Position numbers and translations under genes: made by a program
Notes under the pieces: model-generated
The model's database searches: none
What the model was told of the DNA's origin: nothing
Seen by the model: the letters and a program-made list of their open reading frames with translations, nothing else
NCBI RefSeq assembly: GCF_004010195.1
Contig: NC_057718.1
Coordinates: 89,992,837-90,056,836 of the forward strand
Direction: 5' to 3'
Length of the DNA stretch: 64,000 nt
Source of the DNA: Chiloscyllium plagiosum
Taxonomy: Eukaryota
Shown: positions 39,745-50,979 of the stretch, one piece after another
Position numbering within the stretch: position 1 is the first letter of the stretch
Layout: each line of letters opens with the position of its first letter

Positions 39745-39965
39745 ACAGGGAGGGGGCGCTGCTGCGGGAGGACCGGGCGGGAGGGGGCGCTGCTGCAGAA
39801 GGGTCGGGCAGCAGGGGGCGCTGCTGCGGGAGGACCGGGGCAGGAGGGGGCGCTGCTGCCGGAGGACCGGGCGGGAGGGGGCGCTGCTGCAGGCGGATCG
39901 GGCAGGAGGTGGCGCTGCTGCCGGAGGTCCGGGCTGAAGACGAGGGAGGGCGCTGTTACTGCTGC
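39745..39965. repeat. GC-rich minisatellite, unit about 31 bp, with a CTCF-like core
   Basis: About 7 units of GGAGGGGGCGCTGCTGC..GGAGGACCGG. Confidence 0.9.
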
Positions 39966-40213
39966 ACGGGCAGAGTGTCGGCGTCACCCGCAAATTAAAT
40001 GAGGCAGCGCTTCCTGAAATAATAATATTTCCAATTGGAATCTGATTATCCGTGAGAGGGAAACCGAGATCGTTCATTCGACGGTATTGCCTCGAAATAA
40101 ATCGAGGTAGGAGAGTGCCCCGAAGGGAAGAAGAGGCAGGATCTGGGAGAGTGTAGGCGGGGACCGTTCGGTAAAGGGGAGGGTCTGTGTCCGAATCCCA
40201 GGGGTGGGAATCA

Positions 40214-40440
40214 GCCGGTGTCCAAGGGCGGGGCGGAGCCTGTGTCCAATGGGCGGGGCGGAGCCTGTGTCCAAGGGGCGGGGCGAAGCCGGTGTCCAAG
40301 GAGCGGAGCCGGTATCCAAGGGGCGGGGCGAAGCCGGTGTCCAAGGGGCGGGGCGGAGCTGATGTCCAAGGGGCGGGGCGGAGCTGATGTCCAAGGGGCG
40401 GGACCTTTTGCCAGGACGGATACCGGAAGGGGCGGGGCCG
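40214..40440. repeat. minisatellite, unit about 25 bp, built of Sp1 GC boxes
   Basis: About 8 units of GAGCC(GG/TG)TGTCCAAGGGGCGGGGCG. Confidence 0.9.
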
Positions 40441-40492
40441 AGTCTGTGCTCGGGGTCACATGCGACCAGCCTGTGTTTGTTTGGGCCGCAGG

Positions 40493-40643
40493 ATGCAGCT
40501 GAAGGAGATTGTTCGCTGGAATGTCCGCGTGTCCCTTCTTTATGCCATTGGCATCTGGACCATGCTCGGCACCTATGGCTTCTTCCACCTGAAGAAGAAG
40601 CGGGAGCTGGCAGCGATCGAGAACAGCACCCAGGACTCGGCAG
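40493..40643 (+). CDS. SMIM26: small integral membrane protein 26, exon 1
   Basis: MQLKEIVRWNVRVSLLYAIGIWTMLGTYGFFHL resembles human MYRNEFTAWYRRMSVVYGIGTWSVLGSLLYY; donor CAG|GTAAGG, phase 1; DTD1 lies downstream as in mammals. Confidence 0.9.
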
Positions 40644-40645
40644 GT

Positions 40646-41146
40646 AAGGGCAAAGGTCACAACCTCCCACCCCGTGAAGGGCAAAGGTCACATCCTCCCA
40701 CCCCGTGAAGGGCAAAGGTCACATCTTCCCAACCCGTGAAGGGCAAAGGTCACATCCTCCCACCCCGTGAAGGGCAAAGGTCACATCCTCCTACCCCATG
40801 AAGGGCAAAGGTCACATCCTCACACCCCATGAAGGGTAAAGGTCTCATCCTCCCACCCTGTGAAGGGCAAAGGTCACAACCTCCTAACCCCGTAAAGGGC
40901 AAAGGTCACATCCTTCTATCCCCATGAAGGGCAAAGATCACATCCTCCCACCCCTGTGAAGGGCAAAGGTCACGTCCTCCCATCCTGTGAAAGCCAAAGG
41001 TCACAGCCTCCCACCCCGTGCAGGGAAAAGGTCATCCTCCCACCCTGTGCACAGCAAAGGTCAGTTTGTGCAGGGCAAAGGTCATTCCCTCCCACTCCGT
41101 GGAGGGTAAAGGTTACCTCCCCACCCCATGCAGGGTAAAGGTCACT
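40646..41146. repeat. 30-32-bp minisatellite, 17 units, filling most of the SMIM26 intron
   Basis: Unit GAAGGGCAAAGGTCACATCCTCCCACCCCGT. Confidence 0.95.
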
Positions 41147-41267
41147 GGCTGGCTGCTACCTTCCCCCCCATTGTAGGAAAAAGGTGACGGATGAAGGCCC
41201 TGATATGTTTTAGCATTGTTGGCCTTGCTTTTACATTAAATAAAGGTTAACTTTGTTTTTTTTTCAG

Positions 41268-41437
41268 CAGTCACTTACCAAGAGGAGATCAGTTTGGAAC
41301 CTCAAAAACAAGTTACCAAAGAATTTGTGGAGACAAAAGTTGTTGCAAAGGAAGGTTTTGTTCCCTTTTCATTCAGAATCTACAAATATGGGAAATCTCT
41401 CTTTGGTGTTTCATCTGATACTTCAATAGAGAAGTAG
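41268..41437 (+). CDS. SMIM26: SMIM26 exon 2 with TAG stop (protein about 106 aa)
   Basis: Poly-T tract and CAGCAG acceptor; EFVETKVVAKEGFVPFSFRIYKYGKS resembles human FYVETVVTYKEDFVPNTEKILNYWKS; in frame with exon 1. Confidence 0.9.
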
Positions 41438-42491
41438 AGTTCAGAACAATAACTAACGCAGGTGATACTGCTAGGGAGTTCATGCTTCAGTTTTCTTATG
41501 GACAATGAGGATTTCTCTACGTGCCCCCAATTTGTACAGTTGCTTTGGATGGTGTAGACTGTGCTTAAGTGCCTAGTGTCTATGATCTATTGAGCCTCAT
41601 TTGATCTATTATTTTGAAGACTATGTATCAGTTTCTAATGGACAGTGTCTGTACATCTACATTTTTTGCACAGTGGGACATCAGTAGCATTTTGAGAGAA
41701 TTCAGCTATTTTTAAATTATGGGGGAAATTTGTTTCCAAACAACTGAAGGCTTTACCATGCCACATTTTTGTACTTACATAGTCAACTCCAGAATACTTT
41801 TTTGCATGTGCAAACACATTGTTTCTTCTTCCTTTCTTCCACAACTGCTCTGGAATCAATCAACAGGTTGGAGTGGCTGATATGATTGATCCTCTTTATC
41901 CAGCCGGCTTTAGCTTTTCAAAAATGTGGTTATATTCTGGAAAGTGAACTGGTGAAGGATTGTGCTGGATCAAATCTTTCCTCAAACGTACCTTTTATTT
42001 ACAGAGTGAAAAATCTACAATCTCCGAACACAAGCACACACCGCTTCAATAAGTCTCTTTATATGTGTTCAAGTGAAACTCCATTTTAAAACCACTGATG
42101 GGGTAAAATTGACAATGAAGACCCAATCTAGAAGTAGGTTTAATGCATTATTTTCATGACTTGAGTTATGTATTATACAAATTCATTGTCACTATTTACA
42201 TGCATGTTTTGTGTTGGACATATGAATCAGCAGGTTGGGAGCAGATTAAAACTAAACTGATGTATTTTACTGCCATTGTAGTGAACCTTCACTTTGAAAG
42301 AAGGATTGATATGATTATTGTGACTTTGCAAGATGCATGGGAATTTTAAATGATTGCTGTTCATTAATTTAGGACTGTATAAAACTAACCCTGTTCCAGG
42401 AGTTTGAAGATTCACCATTGGGTTTAGATTCCACCTGATTGGGAATGAGACTTGATCTGATTATGTATTAGTTGTGTTGATATTGTTAACT

Positions 42492-42497
42492 AATAAA
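42492..42497 (+). terminator. candidate SMIM26 polyadenylation signal
   Basis: AATAAA about 1 kb after the stop. Confidence 0.35.
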
Positions 42498-43217
42498 ATT
42501 GGAGTGATACTAAATTTGAAATGACAAGACAATCACTTACAATCTGTTCATTTGTTAATGATACAACAGGTAGGAATTGGATGTGAAATTATGCCTCTGA
42601 AGGCTCCTCAAATACCTGGATTGCAGCAATTAATTTTGCAATAGTTTCTATTTTGTGCTTTGATTCGTGCAATGGCTGAAGTTGTGAAGGGACCACAAGC
42701 TGTTTGCTCTCTGTGGCTCACCTTGTGTGGACAATAGGCACTGAAATTTCCCATTGTGCTGACCAGCCCTTCAAGTTATATTGAGAGTCTGCCCATGTGG
42801 ATGTAAAGCTGGAGAAATCTGAGGATCTTGGGGCACAGTGGAAGTGTCCCTACCTCTGAGCCAGGAGGTCTGCATTGAAGGCTCACCTCACATGGTTATG
42901 TGTCATAACAGGTTCAGACAGGTTTTTTTTATTTATGGAGGGCTTTGGCGAGGCAAGAGAGAAACACCCCAGTTACTGGGGCTGGATTTGATCTGTGAGC
43001 TTTTCTGCTTTGAAGTTATGAGCATTAGAATTAGAAGCTTATGTAGACCACTCAGCTCCTTAATCCTGCTGTGCAATGCATTAATATTGTTGCTAATCTG
43101 ATTACTCCATATTCCTGCCTACCCCTGTTAATCCTCCATCACCAACTCATCAAGGATAACCTGCTTCTGCCTTAAAAATATTCAAAGATTCTGCCCACGC
43201 CATCTTTTGAGGAAGAG

Positions 43218-43735
43218 GCCGCCTTTGGAATACCATGTGCAGTTCTGGTCGCTGTGCTATAGGAAGGACATTAATAAATTGGAGAGGCTGCAGGAAAGAT
43301 TTACAAGGATGTTACTGGGACTGGAGGGTTTGAGTTATAAGGATAGGCTGGGACTCTTTTCACTGGAATGTAGAAGGCTGAGGGGTGACCTTACAGAGGT
43401 TTATAAAATCATGAGGGGCATTGATAATGTGAATAGCATTGGTCTTTTCCCCAGGGTGGGGGGAGTTCAAAACAAAGGCATTTTTTAAGTTGAGAGGAGA
43501 AGGATTTGAGGAGCATTTTTTTTCCACGCAGAGGATGGTTCATATATGTAACGAACTGCCAGAGGAACTGGTGGATGCAGGTACCATTGCAACATGTAAA
43601 AGACATTTGGACAGGTACATGAATAGGAAAGGTTTAGAGGGACATGGGCCAAATGCTGGACTGATTTGGTTTGGGAAATTTGGTCAGTGCAGATGTATTG
43701 GACCAAAGGGTCTGTTTCCATGCTTTATGACTGTA
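43218..43735 (+). mobile_element. CR1 3' fragment
   Basis: LEYHVQFWS..YRKDINKLERLQERFTRML..RRLRGDL. Confidence 0.92.
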
Positions 43736-46700
43736 TGCCCATATAAGAGAGTCCCAAAAACTCAACCCTTTATGAGAAAAAAAAATCTTAACATAAGTTT
43801 TCAGATGAAAACTATTATAAAAAGCCAAAAGCAAGATCTAGGAGTTATTTTGTACTTTGAGTGTTTTAGGAAACATTTTTGATGCGGGGTGCAATAATTC
43901 AGCAGCTATGTTACGCTGAAAATATGGTTAGACCAACCATGATGAAATATAGAGCTTTTCAGATCTAAAACCATTTACTTTCCAGTTGTGTATGATTTGA
44001 CCACACTGTTCACAAACCACCTTAGTGTGGCCCCTGTGACTTCTGGATTGTGTTGCTGTTGTGCACCCAGCTGGATACAGATACCCACTCGATATGGGAC
44101 AGAGCTATCAAATGTTAACCAGGCAGGTACAAATGGCCCTTGAGGGAAAATACTGAATATCTGAGATGGAGACACATACCGAATATTATGGGCGTTAGAA
44201 ATCAGAAAAACAAGAAATATGCAAAAGATGAAGTATCTCTCAGCACCTGTGGAGAGGCAATAGTGCTTTTTATAGTTTTGACAAGATTCACCTATTTTTA
44301 CACTTCATTCCATTGCTATAGAGGCCAACATGGTGTCTTACAGCGTGGGAACAGACCCGTTGGTCCAAGCTGACAATGTTCCCAAACTAAACTAGTCCCA
44401 CCTTCCTGTGCTTGGTCCACATCCCTCCAAACATTTCCTCTTCATGAGGAAAATGTCCACATGCCTTCCCCATTGCCTGCTGAAACATTGTTAGTCTTTT
44501 GTGACATCTGATGCTCAGATGTTTCGGTTGAATGATCTTTTGTTGGGACTGGGAAAAGTTAAAGTGCAAATTATGGTTAAAGCAAGTGGACGGATGTATT
44601 GAGATAAAGAAACAAAAGATCTGTGACGGTGTGCAAGACTGAGGGATTCAAGGATGGAAGACTGGCTGATGCAGGGCTAAAGGGACAGTTGATGGGAATG
44701 GTGTAGAGACAGAACAGCTAAACATTGGGCAGCTGAGAGCAACAGTGAAGTAAAGCCAAAACTTGCAAAGGGAAAGGCAGCAGAATAGAGATTAAGGTGT
44801 CAGGTTGATGAACTCTCATTTCAGTTCCCAAACTGTTAACAGCCAAATCAAGAGAAAACTGCTGTTCCCTGAGCTTGTGTTGATTAGTATGAGAGCAAGA
44901 TGGAGGATCACAATGACAGGCAGCTGGAAGCTTGGGACTATGTTTGCTGACTGAGTGAAGGTCCTTTACAAAGTAGTCTCTTAATCGGTTTTTGGTCCCC
45001 AGTGTAAAGGGAAAAGCAAAGAGAATACAGCTGTAAGGATCATATCCTTTTTAGTTTTTTTTTATTTTGGATTGTGACAATGGGTGTGGGGCGGGAAGGG
45101 ATGGGAAGAGAAAAGAGACCACTGTAAACCAAGCATTGAGAGAGGAGCTTCTGCACTATTTAAAACCAGTTACTGGAACTCATTGTGAGTGGTGTTGACA
45201 CTGTTGCTCTGTTCAGGCACTGAGGGAAGATGTCGTAAAATGCCCCAGCAATGGGAGCATGTGTGCAGAGTGAGCTTTGCCCAGAGACAGATTGGTTTGA
45301 GTAATTACAGCAAGCAGGGTGTGATGAGATTTAGTGAAAGTAGTTATGCAAGTCAGTGCGCCTGTTGTGAATGTTCATGAAAGCCAAGCCCCAGAAACAG
45401 AGACAAGAAAATTGAGGACGAATTACAGTGAGACCATTTGAAGCTGAGAACATTGTGAATATTGGAAGCAATGTTGATTAAACTGCTTGGTGTGAGTGCA
45501 GAAAGTGACACAATAAACTCATCAATTTACTGGCGGAGAAAAAGAGGAGGGGACTGTTTGGATGTTTGAGTAATTGGGATTTGTCATTGAAGCCAGGAAT
45601 CACGGCATTGCAACGACTGTCTTGTGGGCTCCTGGGTAAGTACACAGCTTGTGTGTGAGCAATATGGAGGCCGAAGGTCTCCAAACTGCAAGAGACAGCA
45701 TCGCTCCTTTTCCCGCGGTGAAGTTACCTAAATCTGAAAGGAAGCCTAGCTCTTCTCTCCCACCATTTGCTGTAGGCCCTGTTTCCATGCTGAACAACTC
45801 TATGGCTGTATAAGCTATCGCCTCTCCGCTGTGAAACTGAGCAATTAGTATGTCAACCTCCCCATCCCCTGTCTTCAGCAAAGAACACAGGAACTAGGAG
45901 TAAGAGTAGGCCGTCTGTCCCCTCGAGCCTGCTCCGTCATTCAATAAAATCATGGCTGATCTTTTTTTGTGGACTCAGCTCCACTTACCCACGCTTTCAC
46001 CATATCGCTTAATTCCTTTACTGTTCAAAAATCTATCTATCTTTACCTTAAAAACATACACTTCGCTGGGCAGGGAATTCCACAGATTCACAATCCTTTG
46101 GGTGAAGAACTGCCTCCTCAGCTCAGTCCTAAATCTGCTCCCCACCCCCATTTTGAGGCTATGCCTCTTAGTTCACCCGTCAGTGGAAAACAACCTCCCT
46201 GCTTCTATCTGATCTATTCCCTTCATAATTGTATATATTTTTGTCATCATAACTCACCCCCTCCTCATTCTTCTAAATTCCAATGAGTATAGTCCCAGTC
46301 TCCTCGATCTCTCATCAGAACTGAAAGCACTTGGATACGAAGATTGGAAATCAGAGGATTTGGAAGAAACAAGAGGGCCATCTCTTTGAATCCTGTGGAT
46401 TAAGGCGTTTTCTTTAATTTTTTTTCCCCACCCATAATATCCATGCATGTTTGTTGTCTGTGAGGGAGTTTAAGAAGTGGGTAGAGTTTTGGTTGATTGC
46501 GTTTTATGTTGAAAATTCATATATTTGATTGCCCATGGTGATATATTTGGAATATGTGGAAGTTCACGTTAAGTTTAGGAAACCAGACTAGTGTTTTCTG
46601 CTAACCCGAATCCATATGACAGATTAATTAGAGTATTTTGATCAAAGGTTTCATTTTTGTGATAACTTCAGAGTGAAACTTGAGTAATAGCACACCTTCC

Positions 46701-46955
46701 CAAGTTGCTCTTGGTAGAGTATTATTATGTAGAAAGAAGCACAAATAAATTGTAGTGTATTTGGGGTCTGAGGCATTGAGGTGGTAAGGGATATTGCTTA
46801 CACCTCCTAGGCTTGCATGTAAAGTTGCCATTGGGAGTGAATGGGACAATTGAAGAGTGAGCCAGGGTATCCCAGAGGGGATGGAGGAGAAAGTGAGGAC
46901 TGCAGATGCTGGAGATCAGAGCTGAAAATGTGTTGCTGGAAACAAGGAGCAGGAG

Positions 46956-46991
46956 AATCGACGTTTCGGGCATGAGCCCTTCTTCAGGAAT
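46956..46991 (-). ncRNA. minimal type I hammerhead ribozyme motif in a PLE 3' end
   Basis: Minus strand reads ATTC-CTGAAGA-A-GGG-CTCATG-CCC-GAAA-CGTC-GATT: core intact, short stems I and II, palindromic ACGT. Confidence 0.6.
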
Positions 46992-48493
46992 GAGGAAAGT
47001 GTGTCCCAGAGGGGATGGTCCATTTGGAATGATGAAAGGGGAAGGGAGGATGTGTTTGGTGGTGACAGATTGCTGGAGCTTTAAACGAATTAGGTAATGA
47101 ATATGGAGGCTGGAGGGTTAGGTGAAGTGAAAATGTGAGTAACAAGATTATGGTTTTGGTAGGGAGAGGAAAGGGGTTGAGGGATGTGGTGGTGGGCAGG
47201 TAGAGGAATGTAGACCGTGGAAGACCCTTGTCAATCAGTGTCCTTGATTGAGAAAAAAGGATAAATCAGATACGGTGGATTACACTATCTGAACAGGAAC
47301 AACATTATGGTTTTGGTAGGGAGAGGAAAGGGTTTGAGGGATGTGGTGGTGGGCAGGTAGAGGAATGTAGACCGTGGACGACCTTGTCAGCAGGAACAGA
47401 AATGGAATAAGAAACTGGGAGAGTGAAATCACAGCAAGCAGGGTGTGAAGAGATTGAGTGAAAATAGTTGCAGAAGTCAGTGGGCCTGTTGTGAATATTC
47501 ATGGAAGCCGACCCCCAAAAATGGAGACAAGAAAATTGAGGAAGAGTTACAGTGAGGCCATTTGAAGCTGAGAATAGTGTGAATATTGGAAGCAACGTTG
47601 ATTAAACTACTCAGTATGAGTGCATAAAGTGACACAATAAACTCATCAGTTTGTTGGGGGGAAGGGGGATAAAAGAGGAGGGGGCTGGAAAAGAAAAGGA
47701 ATGCTTCCCACATCCCACAGAAAGGCAAGCATAGTTAGGATTGATGTGGGTTCGCACAGTACAGCTTTTGAGCTGTTGCTTGTTTAGCACTCCAAATGCT
47801 TTTCTAAAAACTGATGCGTTGAATGAACACATTCTAAGGAAAATAACTTTGCTATAATGAAAGCGTGTATTAAGTGTGGGGCTAATTCCTGACCTCTAAT
47901 TTTTATCTTATGTACCTGTGTAAAAGTGAAATTTTTGAGTCAAGCTTTTAAGGCCAAAAGTTACTTTTACACAGGTGATGTTTTTGAGACATTGATCTTG
48001 GGCTGGCCCATAGAAATCTGACACAATGGAATAAAGTAAGACAACAGAAAATTCTCTGACATTTATTTATTTTACAACAATATATTCCATCCGACACAAT
48101 TTAAACTTTTCTTCGGTGCAAACATTGTGCTGAGCAGAGAGGGGATCAGAATGGGTATAATCCAATGCATGCAATCTCAACATCAGACTCTCATGAGGGT
48201 TCTCTTGACTGCATGTGTCTTGCTGTAGTCCTAAATCCTCTTTTGGTGACCATCTCACTGCTCAATAAGTCCCAAGGATCCTCTGGCAATGAATTAAGTT
48301 CCATCGTCACATTTTCAGCCAAACCTTCCGCTCTCCGGATAGTGGGAGACTGGACAAACAACCTGAGATGCATGCTGGGAGCCCATGGAAGTCCTTTGGT
48401 GGAATTTCGAGTGAAGGCCAACACTGAAACAAGTGCTTACTCAAACCTCACAGAAATTAGTGAAGGGTCTTGTTGCATCATACAAAATTAGTA

Positions 48494-48971
48494 CAGTACA
48501 ACCTCGATTATCCGAACATCAGTTATCCAAATTTCGGATTATCCGAACAAGATCTCAAGGTCCCGTAAAAACGGCATTAGGCAACTCAGCGTTCAGTAAT
48601 CAGTTAAACGGCACTATGGTGTGCATTGCCAGATAACCGAGAAATGATCGATGACCAGCGCTCATAAATTACAGTTGAGAGTGTGGTGCTGGAAAAGCAC
48701 AGCAGGTCAGGCTGCAGCAGAAGAGCAGGAGAATCAACGTTTCGGGCAAAAGCTCTTCAGGAACTTATGCCTGGAACGTTGATTCTCCTGCTCCTCCTGC
48801 CTGACCAGCAGCACCACACTTCTCGACTCTGATCTCTAGCATCTGCAGTCCTCCATTTCTACTCATAGATTACCGCTTGTTTATGATCAGGTCAGATCAG
48901 TCATCCGAGCAATCAGTTATCCGAACAAAATACTCCCCGTCCACCTTGTTCGGATAATCAAGGTGGTCCTG
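48494..48971. mobile_element. Tigger/pogo-like non-autonomous element with TA target-site duplication
   Basis: 25-bp terminal inverted repeats CAGTACAACCTCGATTATCCGAACA / TGTTCGGATAATCAAGGTGGTCCTG (3 mismatches), with TA on both sides. Confidence 0.88.
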
Positions 48972-49283
48972 TAAACTCATTGCTAAACCCGGAAATGTTC
49001 ACAACATCGGTGAGTCACTGATCCTGCCTCCATTGTCCATATTAATACCTGATGTCATGAATTTGAGTGCCAAAGAAGCAGTTCAGGCAACTCCTTTGAG
49101 TAATTCTACTGTTGCCAGAAGAATCAATGAGATGGCACGGGACAAGTGGGAACAATATTCCAATGAAGAATATAATTGCTCGTGAAACTGATGGTGCCGC
49201 TCCTATGGTTGGTCGTCACAGACGATTCATTGCCCACTGAAAAAGAGTTATACCTTCTGTCTTTGCTATTCATTGCATCATTT

Positions 49284-49796
49284 GGAAAGATGTTGTGAAA
49301 CTTGAAAGGGTTCAGAAATGATTTACAAGGATGTTGCCAGGGTTGGAGGATCTGAGCTACAGGGAGAGGCTGAACAGGCTGGGACTGTTTTCCCTGGAGT
49401 GTCGGAGGCTGAGGGGAGACCTTAAAGAGGTTTACAAAATTATGAGGGGCATGGATAGGATAAATAGACAAAGTGTTTTCCCTGGGTTTGGGGAGTCCAG
49501 AACTAGAGGGCATAGGTTTAGGGTGAGAGGGGAAAGATATAAAAGAGATCTAAGGGGCAACTTTTTCACGCAGAGGGTGATACGTGTATGGAATGAGCAA
49601 CCAGAGGGTGTGGTGGAGGCTGGTACAATTGCAACATTTAAGAGGCATTTGGATGGGTATATGAATATGAAGGGTTTGGAGGGATATGGGTCAGGTGCTG
49701 GCAGGTGGGACTAGATTGGGTTGGGATATCTGGTCGGCATGGACAGGTTGGACCGAAGGGTCTGTTTCCATGCTGTACATCTCTATGACTCTATGA
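49284..49796 (+). mobile_element. young 5'-truncated CR1 inserted in the hAT transposase
   Basis: Intact ORF2 C-terminus 49331-49714; (CTATGACT)n tail. Confidence 0.95.
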
Positions 49797-50979
49797 GTGC
49801 ACCTAGTAGCTAAAAACATAGGAGGATGTCTCAATCTTTCGCTTTCAGTTGTCATTAAAAACTGTAAACTTCATCAAATTCTATGCCCTTCAGGATCATC
49901 TTTTCCAGCAGCTGTGTGAAGAAAATGATGAATAATTCCGGATGCTGTTGTCGCTGTATACCAAGGGGAGGTGGCTTTCCAAGGGAAACTGTCTTAAACG
50001 TTTTGTTACACTCTGGGACACCATAGTGTCTGATAAAGAGCATGGAGAAAGACCCGTTGATGCTAAGGTTATCTTCAGAAACTTTACTTGTTAAACAAGA
50101 CCTTATAGGGCAAAAGCAGTAACCTCATAGATTGTAAGGAAGCCATTGTTTCTTTCCTTAAGAAACTCGAAATCTATTGGCACAACATGGAATGTCGAAA
50201 CTTTTTACCATTTCCAAACCTGAAGACAACCGCAGAGGCACTGAAGGCCAATGACCTTACTGTTTATGTGAAACATCTAAAGCATATACAAAAGGATATA
50301 CAAGAAAGATTTAATGACCTCTTAAACCTTAGTATCCTGGGTTGGATTTTGAATCCCTTTGAAGTACACCCCACCCAGGTTGAGGCAGGAATTCCAGAGA
50401 GGTTGATTGATCTTCAGAGCGATATAACTGCATGTCGTCAGTTCAGTCAGCTTCAAAAAGATTTTTCGATCAAGGGTGATCTGCCGAATAAATTTACAAC
50501 ACTGTGGGGAAAAGCCCAAATATTTTTTATTGCCTTTCCCTCAACATATTTGGTTGCAAGGTAGTTACCGTGACAAAATCCAGGAACACAATTGATATTG
50601 CAACAAGAGGTGTGACCTCTGACTGTCATTGTCTAATTTGGAGCCCGATATCATGCAATGTGCAGAAAAACACCAGGCTCAAGGACTGCATTAGGCCTGA
50701 TAGATGTTTAATTTCATACAGTTTTTTTAAAGTTTTGTCCAGTATGTTGGAATGTTCAAGTTTTCTTGGTATTCAGTAATAAATGATTTTTTTTGTCTAT
50801 CTGTTCGTGTTGTTTCCCTGTTTGAAAGGGGGGGCCCTGGAACCTGAGAAGAGCTCCTGGGGGGACCATGGCCGAAATATGGTTGAGGATCACCGCATCA
50901 AGACATTCAAAATGGCAAAAACAAATGATCGTCAAGAGAACATTTTAAAAAAATGACTAAAAAGCTAAGTAAAAAGCTA

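Larger units (their letters stand above)
39745..40645 (+). promoter_or_regulatory. CpG-island promoter of SMIM26
   Basis: Sharp GC/CpG rise; GC boxes, CCAAT at 40246, ETS-like CCGGAAG near 40423, GTCACATG E-box at 40455, directly upstream of the ATG. Confidence 0.8.
48400..50895 (+). mobile_element. decayed hAT-Charlie/Buster DNA transposon (transposase pseudogene) with nested insertions
   Basis: ASYKIS|KLIAK..HNIGESLILP..PLSNSTVARRINEMA, TDGAAPMVG, HCII, RWLSKGNCLKRF, FPSTYL; Charlie-like end GGTTGAGGATCACCG. Confidence 0.85.

Noticed and set aside
40460-40492. Upstream in-frame ATG extending SMIM26 by 11 aa
   Set aside because: Weak context, it overlaps a promoter E-box, and homology starts at ATG 40493.
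39598-40715. 100-213 aa ORFs on both strands
   Set aside because: They result from stop-poor GC-rich minisatellites; only the SMIM26 frame has homology and splice support.
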